The notes beneath the pieces are model-generated. The model had not been told where the DNA came from. It did not search any database and saw nothing but the letters and a program-made list of their open reading frames with translations. Position numbers and translations under genes: made by a program. A stretch of DNA of 64,000 bases from an uncultured Chthonomonadales bacterium (GTDB taxonomy: Bacteria > Armatimonadota > Chthonomonadetes > Chthonomonadales > CAJBBX01): positions 33,895 through 97,894 of the forward strand of contig CALLMM010000005.1 of NCBI GenBank assembly GCA_938005745.1, written 5' to 3'. Position 1 is the stretch's first letter, and each line of letters begins with the position of its first letter. Shown here piece by piece: positions 9,150 through 19,700 of this stretch.

Positions 9150-10040
9150 GTGAAAAGTAGCGCTGTGAAGGCGGTCATCTTTAACGCCGATGACTTCGGC
9201 GTACATCCGAAGACCAATGCGGCGATCCTGCGGGCGCACACCGAGGGCGTGCTGACCAGCGCGAGCCTGATGGTGAACGAGCCGGCTGCCACAGAGGCGG
9301 CGCAACTGGCGCGAGCCTGTCCCTCGCTGGCGGTCGGGCTGCATGTAACCCTGAGCAGCGGTCGGGCGGCGCTGCCACCGGGCGTGATACCGCGCCTTGT
9401 CGGGCAGGAGGGACGGTTTCGCGAGGACCCGGCGCGCGCGGGAATGGTCTACTTCTTTTCACGGGCGGCGCGGCGCGAACTGGCGCGGGAGATCGAGGCG
9501 CAGTTTCAGCGGTTTGCGGAGACCGGACTGCCCTTCTCGCATGTGGATGGCCACCAGCATCTGCATATGCATCCGGTCGTCTGGGACTGCGTCCTGACGC
9601 AGTGCGAGGCGTATCGGGTCAGGAGGATCCGTATCCTCAACGAGGAGTTTCGCCCCGTCTCCCCGGGACGGGCGATCGGCAGACGTTTTGAGTGGCTCTG
9701 CTTTCGCGCGCTGCGCCGGCGCTGTCTGCGAAAACTGAACGGGAGAGGGTTTTTCGTGCCGGAGCGCGTCTACGGTCATCTGGAGACAGGGCGCATCTCG
9801 GCGCGGTACCTGACCGAACTGCTGCCCCGTCTGGGTGGACAGACCAACGAGATCTATCTCCATCCCGGAACTCCGCACGCGCAGCCGATGCCCGGCGGCT
9901 CTCCGGAGATGGATGTCGAACTGGACGCGCTGCTGCATCCCTCCGTCATCCTCGCGCTGGAGCAGCATCAGGTCAAAAAGATGACCTATGCGGAGGCGGA
10001 GACCTGGTCCTGTCAGGCGCGGCTATCGCACAGGAGTTAG
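9150..10040 (+). CDS. ChbG/HpnK (YdjC) family carbohydrate deacetylase
   Basis: VIFNADDFGVHP...TSASLMVN and HVDGHQHLHMHP motifs of the YdjC fold. GTG start; exact start uncertain. Confidence 0.8.
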   Translation: MKSSAVKAVIFNADDFGVHPKTNAAILRAHTEGVLTSASLMVNEPAATEAAQLARACPSLAVGLHVTLSSGRAALPPGVIPRLVGQEGRFREDPARAGMVYFFSRAARRELAREIEAQFQRFAETGLPFSHVDGHQHLHMHPVVWDCVLTQCEAYRVRRIRILNEEFRPVSPGRAIGRRFEWLCFRALRRRCLRKLNGRGFFVPERVYGHLETGRISARYLTELLPRLGGQTNEIYLHPGTPHAQPMPGGSPEMDVELDALLHPSVILALEQHQVKKMTYAEAETWSCQARLSHRS

Positions 10041-10114
10041 CTTCAGAGGCGTCGTCTCGCCGGCAGCCCTCTGCGCTCCCGCGGCAGGACGCTCCGAACA
10101 TGAGGAGTACCGAC

Positions 10115-10450
10115 ATGGTGCGGATCCTCTGCCCCCACTGCGGGGCGGGAAATCGAGACAGCCAGCAGACCGATACCTGCTGGCAGTGCGGAAAGAGCCT
10201 GTGGGAGCCGGTGCACCGGGAGACCTATGCGCTCGGAGCCATTCCTCCGCAGAGCGAAACCACCGCGCTGTCCCCCGGTTTTCTGCGTCTTCGCTCGATT
10301 GTGAACTGGCAGCTATGGATCGCTGCGCTCGCCGCCGCGCTGTCGCTGCTGCTCTTTCTCACCGCGCTTATTCTCTATCTGTTGCGTCCGAGCGAACCGG
10401 GGCTGCCCCGCTCGAACGCGCCCAGCTCCGGTCTGAACGCCACGCTGTAG
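10115..10450 (+). CDS. Small zinc-ribbon membrane protein
   Basis: MVRILCPHCGAG...CWQCGKS (two CxxC pairs) plus one C-terminal TM helix. GAGGAG Shine-Dalgarno 8 nt upstream of the ATG at 10115. In frame within track ORF 9692..10450. Confidence 0.6.
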   Translation: MVRILCPHCGAGNRDSQQTDTCWQCGKSLWEPVHRETYALGAIPPQSETTALSPGFLRLRSIVNWQLWIAALAAALSLLLFLTALILYLLRPSEPGLPRSNAPSSGLNATL

Positions 10451-10469
10451 GGGCATCCAGGGAGTCAGG

Positions 10470-12773
10470 ATGGAAGTCGGACGATGGATGGGATCGCTGC
10501 ATCCCGCTCTCATTCATTTCCCCATTGCGCTGCTTCTTCTGGCGGTTGCGCTGGAAGCGGTCGGTTTCATACGGCGGGACACCCGGTTTGTCTGGTCTGC
10601 GCGGATCTGCCTGATCGTCGGCATCGTCTCCGCGCTCTTCGCCTTTGTCTGCGGCAACTTCGCGGAGCTGTGGGCGGTGCGCAGCGGCGTCCACGAGGAC
10701 GCCGTCGAGTATCATGAGTTTCTTGCCACCATTACCAGCTGGCTCTTCGTCGGACTGACAGCATGGCGTTTACTGATGCGCCCCGAGACGCGGCGGGTCT
10801 GGCTTGGACTGTGGATTGCGGCGGCATCCTTTGCCGGCGCGCTGCTGGTCGTTACGAGCTATTATGGCGGCGTTCTGACCTACCAGCACGGCGCGGCGGT
10901 GCAGAATATCGGGATGCTCCAGAACCCGACCGACGATCACCTGCTCGTGCTGACCCAGCGGCAGGATGAAGCCAGCATCTTCTACTCCAACTTGATGCAC
11001 CATATCTTCGGCTGGGTGGTGCTGGCGCTGGCGGTTATTCTGCTGCTCGATCAGTTGTCCCAGCGAATCGGAGCATGGGCGCGGCGGGTCGGTCCGTTTC
11101 TGCTGCTGGGCGCGGGCATCTTCCTGCTCATCTTCAGCGATCAGGACGCCTGGCCCCTCTACAACGTGCGCCCCTATCGCAGCATCTTCGATAAAGAGGT
11201 CTTCCTGCATAAGACCTATGCGGCGCTGCTGATGGCGGCGGGAATCGGCGGGTTGTGGCAGATGTGGCGCCGCGGGGGGGATGCGCAGGCTTCGCGCAGC
11301 TGGAGACTGCATGACCGCTGGATGGCGGTCTTTGCGCTGGTGGGAGGCGCGCTGCTGTTCACGCACATTCACTCCGCCGCGCCCTACGCCAACATCGCTG
11401 TCGGGGTCTACATCCATCACACGGTGATGGGTTTCGTCGCACTGGCAATCGGCGCGGTCAAACTGCTGGACGACGCCCTGCCGACGCCCTCCCGGCGGCG
11501 CGCGCTGGCGTATCCCGCGCTGATGGCGCTGATGGGCGTGCTGCTGATCAACTACAACGAGGGGCTGCCCTGGTTTATGGGATACGGCAGGCTCAGCGCG
11601 AGCGCGCCGCGGGGCGGGCTGATTGCGCCGCTCGGAGACTACCGCGCCGAACTGGTCTACCATCCCGAACAGACCCGGCTGGAGATGTTCGTGATGAAAC
11701 AGGACAGCGCGGTGCCGGTGAATCTGCCTGTCTCTCTCAGTCATGCGGTGGTCTCCGTCGGCAATGAGAAGACCGAGGTTCCCCTGACCGCCGCCGACGG
11801 TCAGTCCGGCGGGGCGCATTTTGTCGGGAAAGCCAGCTTTCTGCGGGATGTCCCTCTGTTTCAGGTGCGCGCCAGCGTTCCGCTCAACGGGAAGGAGCAC
11901 ATCGCCGATTTCGAACCCTGGGTGGATATGCGTCTGGCGCAGCCCAGCCGCGCCCCCTACGTCTGCCCGATGCACCCATATATCGGGTCGGCGACGCACA
12001 GCCGATGTCCCGAGTGCGCGATGCCGCTGCAGCCGAACCGGCGTCCCGGTCCCGTCCGACAGCTTCACGCGCCGGAACTGCGGATGGATCTCCTGCCCGG
12101 CATCGAGCCGCTGCAGCCGGGGAAGACCGCCCGGCTGATCTTCACGCCGCGCCGCTGCAGCGATAACGCCATCCCTCCGCTGGAGAGCGTCCACACGCAG
12201 AAGTTTCATCTGATTATCGTCAGCCGCGATCTCTCTTTCTACGATCACCTGCACCCGCAGGAGCAGCCGGACGGCTCCTACGCGCTGGACTACGCCTTTC
12301 CTCAGCCCGGAATCTACCTGCTCTTCGCCGATGTAACGCCGGTCGGTCTGCCCAATCAGGTCTTTCGCCTGCCGGTCCGCGTGGAGGGGACGCCGCCGGC
12401 TCCTGCCCCGCTGCGAATCCCGATGGCGTATGCGAAGACGCAGGGCGACTATCGTATCGCCCTGTCGGTCTCGCCCCTGTCGCCACGCCCGCGCGAGGAG
12501 ACGATCCTGACCTTCTCCTTTACCGAAAACGGCAAGCCGGTTACCGACCTGCAGCCCTGGCTTGGCGCGCCGGGGCATTGTGTCATAATAAGCGAGGATA
12601 CGCAGGACTATCTGCACAGTCATCCGCTGCTGCTGTCTGCGCCCCCAACGCGCGCCGGTCCTTCCGTGACGTTTCATACGCTGTTTCCGCGCTCCGGTCG
12701 GTATAAAGTCTGGGGGCAGTTCATGCATCGAGGGCGGCTGCTCACGGTGGATTTTGTGGTGCGCGTCTCCTGA
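10470..12773 (+). CDS. Polytopic membrane protein with DUF2231-like N-terminus, cysteine-rich heavy-metal-binding motif and two Ig-like (YtkA/FixH-like) C-terminal domains
   Basis: 767 aa. LHPALIHFPIALLL start, about 10 predicted TM helices, YVCPMHPYIGSATHSRCPECAMPL motif. Two repeats end in ...LSFYDHLHP and ...TQDYLHSHP. Confidence 0.75.
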   Translation: MEVGRWMGSLHPALIHFPIALLLLAVALEAVGFIRRDTRFVWSARICLIVGIVSALFAFVCGNFAELWAVRSGVHEDAVEYHEFLATITSWLFVGLTAWRLLMRPETRRVWLGLWIAAASFAGALLVVTSYYGGVLTYQHGAAVQNIGMLQNPTDDHLLVLTQRQDEASIFYSNLMHHIFGWVVLALAVILLLDQLSQRIGAWARRVGPFLLLGAGIFLLIFSDQDAWPLYNVRPYRSIFDKEVFLHKTYAALLMAAGIGGLWQMWRRGGDAQASRSWRLHDRWMAVFALVGGALLFTHIHSAAPYANIAVGVYIHHTVMGFVALAIGAVKLLDDALPTPSRRRALAYPALMALMGVLLINYNEGLPWFMGYGRLSASAPRGGLIAPLGDYRAELVYHPEQTRLEMFVMKQDSAVPVNLPVSLSHAVVSVGNEKTEVPLTAADGQSGGAHFVGKASFLRDVPLFQVRASVPLNGKEHIADFEPWVDMRLAQPSRAPYVCPMHPYIGSATHSRCPECAMPLQPNRRPGPVRQLHAPELRMDLLPGIEPLQPGKTARLIFTPRRCSDNAIPPLESVHTQKFHLIIVSRDLSFYDHLHPQEQPDGSYALDYAFPQPGIYLLFADVTPVGLPNQVFRLPVRVEGTPPAPAPLRIPMAYAKTQGDYRIALSVSPLSPRPREETILTFSFTENGKPVTDLQPWLGAPGHCVIISEDTQDYLHSHPLLLSAPPTRAGPSVTFHTLFPRSGRYKVWGQFMHRGRLLTVDFVVRVS

Positions 12774-12842
12774 CATGCCGGGCGCGCGCGGTGATTTTAT
12801 CCGAGAGGTGAGAAGATAGAACCACAGGTCAGCAAACTGCAG

Positions 12843-13202
12843 GTGGTGGCGGTGATCCTGTTCGCTACGCTCTGCGTCTCGGCAGGCGAGACGCTTCTGA
12901 GCGCGGGGATGAAGATGGCGGGAAAAGAGGGGCAGACCGGCGTGCGGATTGCGCTTGCCGCCATCGCCAACTGGCGCGTGCTGTTCGGCTCGTTTCTGAT
13001 GATGGTATTCTTCGTACTCTACGCCCTGTGCCTCTCCTGGGCAGATATCAGCTTCGTCATCCCCTTCACCGCGCTCAGCTATCTCTTTGTCGCCATCTTC
13101 GCGCAGTTTTTGCTGCATGAGGATGTAACCCTGACCCGCTGGCTCGGCACGCTGCTGATCGTTCTGGGCGTGGTGGTCGTCGGACTCGGCGAGCGTCACT
13201 GA
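12843..13202 (+). CDS. Small EamA/DMT-like 4-TM membrane protein
   Basis: 119 aa, four hydrophobic helices, single-EamA-domain-like. GTG start; exact start uncertain. Confidence 0.6.
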   Translation: MVAVILFATLCVSAGETLLSAGMKMAGKEGQTGVRIALAAIANWRVLFGSFLMMVFFVLYALCLSWADISFVIPFTALSYLFVAIFAQFLLHEDVTLTRWLGTLLIVLGVVVVGLGERH

Positions 13203-13215
13203 ATCGCCTTCGCCC

Positions 13216-14358
13216 ATGTTTGCCCTGCAGGTACTTACCGGCGCGCTTCTCCTGTGCGCCTGCGTCTACTACCCGCTCTGTCTGGCGGCGGCGCGTCACT
13301 GGAGACGCACCTCCTCAGTTGCGTTGTCGCGCAATCCTCCGCCAGTCGCCATCCTCAAGCCTCTGCGGGGCGATGACCCCGAGCAGTATGCCAATTTCGA
13401 GAGCTTCTGCCGGCTGGACTATCCCGTCTATCAGATCGTCTTTGGCGCGCTCGATCCGGACGATCCGGGACTGGAGAATGCGCGACGCCTGCAAGCCGCC
13501 TACCCGCATCTGGACATCGCGATCGTCGCCGGAGGGGAGGTCTTCGGGCTGAACCGAAAGGTCTGCAACCTGCAGGGCATGCTGGACGTAACAGAGTATG
13601 ACCTGATCGTTCTGTGCGACAGCGATATGCGCGTCCGTCCCGACTACCTGCGGCGCATAACCGCTCCCTTTGACGATGAGAAGACAGGGCTGGTCACCTG
13701 TCCCTATCGCGGCTGCCACCCGCGCAGTCTGGCAACGAAACTGGAGGCTCTGGCGATAGGCTTCGACTTTCTTCCCGGCGTCTTTCTGGCGAACTGGCTG
13801 AGCGGGATTCGCTTCGCCCTGGGGGCGACCATCGCCCTGCGGCGGCGCGTGCTGGAGGAGATCGGCGGGTTCCGGTCGCTGGCGGACGAATTGGCGGACG
13901 ACTACCGGCTGGGCGAGAGGGCGGCGCGCGCCGGCTGGCGGGTGGTTCTTTCCGACTATATCGTGGACGACGTGATGGGGGCGGAGAGCTTTCGGCAGGT
14001 GTGGGCGCGCCGTCTGCGCTGGGCGAAGACGACCCGCGCCATGCAGCCGGGGGGATGGGCGGGCTACTTCGTCACCTATGGAACCGTCTCCGGACTGCTG
14101 TTTCTGGCGGCAAACCGGTTTCAGGCGGTCGGATGGATCGGACTGGGGATCGTCTGGACGCTGCGGGGACTGACCGCCCTGTTGACGGCGCGTCTCTACA
14201 CACAGGACGAGAACCTGCCGCGACGGCTGCCGCTGCTCTATCTGAGCGATCTGATCAGTGTGGCGCTCTGGGTCTGCAGCTATTGCGGCAGCACGATCTC
14301 CTGGCGCGGAGAGCGGTTCCGGCTCGGCGCAAACGGGCGTCTGGAACGCCTGTCCTAG
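13216..14358 (+). CDS. Glycosyltransferase, ceramide-glucosyltransferase/HpnI-like (GT2/GT21)
   Basis: 380 aa. N-terminal TM, PPVAILKPLRGDD, CDSDMRV (DxD), C-terminal TM helices, RLRWAKT (Q/RxxRW-like). Confidence 0.8.
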   Translation: MFALQVLTGALLLCACVYYPLCLAAARHWRRTSSVALSRNPPPVAILKPLRGDDPEQYANFESFCRLDYPVYQIVFGALDPDDPGLENARRLQAAYPHLDIAIVAGGEVFGLNRKVCNLQGMLDVTEYDLIVLCDSDMRVRPDYLRRITAPFDDEKTGLVTCPYRGCHPRSLATKLEALAIGFDFLPGVFLANWLSGIRFALGATIALRRRVLEEIGGFRSLADELADDYRLGERAARAGWRVVLSDYIVDDVMGAESFRQVWARRLRWAKTTRAMQPGGWAGYFVTYGTVSGLLFLAANRFQAVGWIGLGIVWTLRGLTALLTARLYTQDENLPRRLPLLYLSDLISVALWVCSYCGSTISWRGERFRLGANGRLERLS

Positions 14359-14391
14359 AGGCTCACTTCACTACCTGCGAGGTATCTTTCG

Positions 14392-15483
14392 ATGAAAACC
14401 GGTTATCTTCGGTCTCTGTTGATACTGGGCGGAGCCATTGTGATGGTCGGGATGGTGGTTCCCAATCTGCGTCTCTCCTGGCGCGAGCCTCGCGCCGTCG
14501 CCACGCCTCCCGGAGGGGTGGACCCCGCCTCCATTCACCCGGAGGAGATCTTTGCGCGCGCCGCCGCCCTTGCCAGTCCCTCCGTCGTGAACATAGACAC
14601 GGAGAGGCGCGTCCGTTTGCGCGGCTCGCTGCTGGAGGAGGAGTTTTTCGGTCCGCGCTATCAGCGGGTCGCCGGCTCCGGCTCCGGCGTGATCATCAAT
14701 GCGGAGGGTGACATCATCACCAACGAGCATGTCGTCTCCGGGGCGGAGCGGATCGTGGTGACGCTGGCGGACGGCAGGCAGTTCGACGGGCGCGTGATCG
14801 GGGGCGACCGGCGCACCGATGTCGCGCTGATCAAGATCGAGGGCAGCAAGCTGCCGGTCGCTAAACTCGGCTCCTCGGCGAAACTGATTCCTGGACAGAT
14901 CTCCGTCGCGATCGGCAACCCGCTGGGCTTGCGCTTTACGGTTACGCAGGGGATCGTCAGCGCGCTGGGGCGTCCGATCCGGGTCGGAGACCGCATCTAT
15001 GAAGACCTGATTCAGACCGACACCGCCATCAATCCCGGCAACTCCGGCGGCGCGCTGGTGGACCGCGAGGGAAAGGTGATCGGGATCAACACGCTGGTAG
15101 ACCAGCAGGCGCACGGGATCGGGTTCGCCATCCCGATAGATACCGCCATGCGGATCGTCCGGCAGTTGAAGCAGTACGGCAAGGTCAAACGCCCCTGGAC
15201 CGGGATCTATGCCATGCCCATCACCCGCATCATTCAGGTGCGCTTCGGGGTGGATTTTACGGAGGGCGCCTTTGTGCAGGGGCTGGACCGCGGCAGTCCG
15301 GCGGATGAAGCCGGCATCCTTCCCGGCGACGTGGTGCTGGAACTTAACGGCGAAAAGGTGCGCGATCCCGACTCGCTGCGTCAGATCACCGATAAGCTGA
15401 AGATCGGGCAGACGGTTCCCATCCTCATCTATCGTCAGGGAGAGCGCCTGAAGGGGGAGATTACCCTGCGCGAGGCTCCCTGA
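14392..15483 (+). CDS. HtrA/DegP-family serine protease with PDZ domain (S1C)
   Basis: Signal anchor. Catalytic triad context TNEHVV / DVALIK / GNSGGAL. C-terminal PDZ (GILPGDVVLELNG). Confidence 0.9.
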   Translation: MKTGYLRSLLILGGAIVMVGMVVPNLRLSWREPRAVATPPGGVDPASIHPEEIFARAAALASPSVVNIDTERRVRLRGSLLEEEFFGPRYQRVAGSGSGVIINAEGDIITNEHVVSGAERIVVTLADGRQFDGRVIGGDRRTDVALIKIEGSKLPVAKLGSSAKLIPGQISVAIGNPLGLRFTVTQGIVSALGRPIRVGDRIYEDLIQTDTAINPGNSGGALVDREGKVIGINTLVDQQAHGIGFAIPIDTAMRIVRQLKQYGKVKRPWTGIYAMPITRIIQVRFGVDFTEGAFVQGLDRGSPADEAGILPGDVVLELNGEKVRDPDSLRQITDKLKIGQTVPILIYRQGERLKGEITLREAP

Positions 15484-15671
15484 GCGGAGCGTGCCGGAGG
15501 CTCGCAATAACGGGTACAATAATGATCAGGCAGGAGACACCGCCACAACTGTTGAATCGAAAGCGGAAGCCGGTGTTGAATGTGCAGCAAAGACGCTGAA
15601 CGCAGCGGTTTTTTACATAATCCTTCGGCGGAGGAGTGACGGCGCGCCGCCGACGGAAAGGAGATTTAACG

Positions 15672-16631
15672 ATGATCGTACCGACCCGTGTTCTTTTTGA
15701 GCACGCATATGGGAAGTACGCTCTCGGAGCGTACAACATCAACAACCTGGAACAGGCGATGGGTCTCTTCCGGGGGAATATGGATTCGCAGGCGCCCTTC
15801 ATCATTCAGATCAGCAAAGGCGCGCGCGGCTACACCGACAAGCGGATGCTGGAAGCCATCATTCGCACCGCCGATACCATCTGGCCCGACGCCCTTTTCG
15901 CCGTGCATCTGGATCATGGCGATGAGGAGACCTGCTACGAGTGCATCGAGAGCGGCTTCTACTCCTCCGTGATGATTGACGGCTCTCACCTGCCCTACGA
16001 AGAGAACATCGCCACCACCGCCCGTGTGGTGGAGGCGGCGCACAAGCGCGGCGTCAGCGTCGAGGCGGAGCTGGGCATCCTCGGCGGCGTCGAAGAGCAT
16101 ATCAAGGTGGACGAGAAGGACGCCCGCCTGACCGATCCGGACGAGGCGAAGGACTTCGTTGAGAGAACCGGCTGCGACAGCCTCGCCTGCGCGATCGGAA
16201 CCAGTCATGGAGCCTACAAGTTCTCCGGCTCTCAGGGCATCCATCTGGAGCGGATTGCCGAGATCCAGAAGCGGCTGCCGGGCTTCCCGCTGGTGATGCA
16301 CGGCTCCTCTTCCGTTCCGCAGGACGAGGTTGAGCGGATCAATGCGGCGGGCGGCGCGATCAAAAACGCCAGCGGCGTGGATCCCTCCAAGTACCTGCCT
16401 GCCGCCCGGCTGGGCGTCTGCAAGGTGAACATTGACACTGACGGGCGTCTGGTCTGGTGCCGCGTGCATCGCGAGTTCTTCCGCGACAATCCCGCCAAGT
16501 TCGACCTGCGCGATCCGGGCAAGATCTTCATGAGCGAGTATGCGAAGTTCATCGCCTCCCGCAACGAGCTGCTCGGCTCCGCCGGTCAGCTCGCCGCCGC
16601 CCGCGAGCATGTGATGGCGTCCGCCAAGTAG
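15672..16631 (+). CDS. fba: Class II fructose-bisphosphate aldolase
   Basis: Start trimmed to MIVPTRVLFEHAYGKYALGAYNINN (GGAAAGGAG Shine-Dalgarno). HLDHG, GTSHGAYKF and LVMHGSS motifs. Confidence 0.92.
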   Translation: MIVPTRVLFEHAYGKYALGAYNINNLEQAMGLFRGNMDSQAPFIIQISKGARGYTDKRMLEAIIRTADTIWPDALFAVHLDHGDEETCYECIESGFYSSVMIDGSHLPYEENIATTARVVEAAHKRGVSVEAELGILGGVEEHIKVDEKDARLTDPDEAKDFVERTGCDSLACAIGTSHGAYKFSGSQGIHLERIAEIQKRLPGFPLVMHGSSSVPQDEVERINAAGGAIKNASGVDPSKYLPAARLGVCKVNIDTDGRLVWCRVHREFFRDNPAKFDLRDPGKIFMSEYAKFIASRNELLGSAGQLAAAREHVMASAK

Positions 16632-16657
16632 CGCAGACAGGCGATCAGAAGCGGAAC

Positions 16658-16692
16658 GGGGCAGGCGAGAAAATCGCCTGCCCCGTCTCTTT
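16658..16692. terminator. Bidirectional intrinsic terminator between fba and the convergent 1231-aa gene
   Basis: GGGGCAGGCGA-GAAAA-TCGCCTGCCCC followed by GTCTCTTTG. Confidence 0.7.
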
Positions 16693-16706
16693 GCGCGCCC
16701 GTCGCG

Positions 16707-19700
16707 CTATCGCTCCAGCGTGATCGCCAGGATGTTCAGACCGGGTTCGTTGGGCAGCGTGATCGCCGAGAGCTTTTTCGCCTCAGGGATGCGGAATGAG
16801 TACCGGTACACCGAAACCGGCATCGCGGCGTCATCCCCGAACCGCGTGCGCGTAAAACGGCTGGTGAACGCCGTCTCTTCGCCGTAGGCAGGCGGCTTGT
16901 CCCATCGGCTGACCGGGAAGGAGGTGTACTGCTCCGAGCCGTCCACAAAGACCAGCGTCAGGGCGGCGCGGACATTGTCTTTCGTTGCCGCCGCCAGCAC
17001 GTGGACCGTTGTGAAGACCTCCGCCCGGCGCGCATCGGCGGCTACCGGAATGCGCTGTCCCACGCACTGCAGGACGTTCCTCTCCTGCGTTCCTTTCGGT
17101 CCCCAGCGGAAGCTGATACGCCGGGTCGCATCCAGTCCCGTGCCCCGCATCGGCAGCCAGAGCGTGCTGGCGGTCGTCTCGTCGTTGGCGAACGGCGGAA
17201 CCAGTTCTGCCGGAAGCGAGCGCCCCAGTCCGTCGAAGTTGCCGTCGGCGCGTTCGGTCTCTGCCGCGATCCCGTCCACATTGTAGTGGCGGTCCAGGTC
17301 CACAAAGTGCAGCCGCCCGCGCACCACCTGAATGCGATGGACGCGGGTCTCAAACGGGCGCGCGCTGGGCATGGTGGAGACCCAGACATCCCCCACCTTC
17401 AGATCCCAGACCAGCCAGTAGATGCCGTCGTCCGGCGGCGCGGTCACCCAGGCGGTCATCTCGACGTTTTCGCCCGGAGCCAGGTCTCTGGGAAGGGGCG
17501 TCGTCTCGTTCTCCCAGAGCGCCTCCGTGCCGTCTTGGAAGTACCAGTGATAGCCGATCCGGACGCCGTCCTTCTTCCAAATCTGCGGTCCGCGGTTGCG
17601 CAGCCCGATGGTGACCGGAATGCGCAGCTTTGCGGGCAGCGAGGGGGGGGTCTGATCGGCGGAAAACTGGATGCCGGCGTCCATCTCGTTGAGCGCAAAC
17701 GCCTCCGGGTCGCTCACCGCGCCCTGCGTTCCGTCCTCGCTGGCGGAGATCTCCCACCGCAGATGATAGCTGACCCCGTCCGCCTCTGCGCCGGTCGTAA
17801 CCTCCAGCGGAACGCCGTCGGGGCGGCTGAAGGTGATGGGCACGCTCAGAGTCGCCGCCTGTCCGGGCGGCACGTCGTTGGCGAGTTCCGCGCTGGCGTC
17901 CGCCATCTCGACCGGCTCATAGCTCTCCGGCTTTCCTGCCCGGTTCAGCGGCGACACATAGCGCCAGACCCGCGCAACCACCCGCATCCCCTCCGATTTT
18001 ATCCAGGCCTTTGCGCCGTCGTTGCGCACGGCGATCCGCGCCGTATAGGTTCCGCCCGACTCCAGCGTCTTGGGCAGATCGCTGTAGATCAGCGAGATGC
18101 CGTAGTCCGGGAGTTTCGGATCGCTGCCGGCGGTTACCAGCACCGAGGCGGTCAGGGGAACGTTGCCCAGCCCGCTGAAGTAAGCCGTCACATCGCCCTT
18201 TCTGCCGACCTGCGCCAGGTCCACCACCAGGGTGTAGGCTCCCGCCTCCGCAGGAACCGCCAGCGGAAAGTCCAGCGCGAGCACCCTGCCCGGAATAATG
18301 GGGGTTCGCATGGGGAAGAAGCGCGGCTGCCCGACCTCGCTGCCGTCCGCGCGTCTCCAGCGATAGATGAGCGAGAACGCCTCCGGGGTCCAGATCGCGC
18401 TGCCGGAGTTGAGTACTCGCACCGAGACGAAGCAGGTGGTCTTCGCGGGAACCGCGCGCGGCACATTGTGCGAGATGACGGCGGCGCGAAGCTGCCCGGT
18501 GTTGGCGAAGCTGTAGGAGAGGGCGCGGGTCAGGTCGGCGTAGGTGATGCCGTGCTCCTGCGTCGGCGCAATCTCGTTGCCGGTGGAGAAGTCGTTCCAG
18601 CTGTTGAGGATGATCCACTGCGCCTGTCGGCTGAGAGCCTCCCGCCAGCCCCGTTTATAGACCTCGCCTCCGGCGCGGGTCAGCAGCGTCGGAGCGCTGT
18701 TCTCCGCGCGCGCGCTCTGCGCGGAGGCGAGCGATGCGCCGTCGCGCTCCGCCGCCTGTCGGGTCTCGGAGGGAGCGGAGACCGAGATCACCGCCGGGCG
18801 AATCCAGCCCTCCGAATCCATCTGAAAGCCGTAGGCGCGGGGATCGCCGATATAGCCGTCGAGCTTCGCCCTGCCCTTGAAATCGCTGCCGCCCAGAATC
18901 AGCAGGTCTGCGCCAAAGTCGGAGAGGAACTGCTTGCGGCAGTAGTCCACGAAGGCGGAGTCGAGATCGGAGAACGCGGAGGCGGTGGAGAGCACGACGA
19001 CATGCGCCACGCCGCCCCCGTTTTTCGCCTCCAGCGGGATGGAGGCGCGATAGGTCTGCGGGATCGCCAGATAGAACTCCTTGATGGCGGCGTAGAGCCG
19101 CGCCTGCGCGGACGGTTCGCGCAGGTCCAGCCTTCCGCCAAAGGCGTTGGTCAGGGTTGGCGTCTCCAGATAGAGACCGATCAGCGGGTAGTCCAGGTTG
19201 GACGCCTCCATCGAGCGCAGCGCGCCCGCCAGCACGGTCAGTCCGCGCAGAGTTCGCAGCCGCTCGTTCTCTCCGGCGCGTACCGTCGCCAGTGCGACGT
19301 GGATGCCCGCCTGACGCATTCCGTTCAACTGCGCCCGATGCCAGTCTACCCGGTCGTAGCTGAACCAGGGACCGGCTCCCTCCAGCGGGTGAGTCTTCAG
19401 CAGCGAGGCGCCGTTGGCGGCGCGCACCGGAGAGACCGGCATGGCTTTGCGCGGGTCCGCCTGGTAGTGAAGCTGGTAGAGCGAGAAGATCAGCGCGGGA
19501 ACGCTCTGCGGGGTTCGCGGCGTCAGCGCGACTTCGCGTCGCGCAGGAGGCATGATCGGCGGACGCGGCGGCTTCAGGGTAACGCTGGGCGCAACGCGGG
19601 GCGTTACGGCGGCGGGCGCGACGGCGACCGCGCCTCCGCCCGTCTCCGTTTCGGCAAATGCAAAGGAGGTGAGCGAGTTCCACTCACCCTGACTGATGAT

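Noticed and set aside
10770-13217. 815-aa ORF on the minus strand
   Set aside because: Shadow spanning two real + strand genes (membrane metal protein and EamA-like). Arg/Gln/His-rich low-complexity translation.
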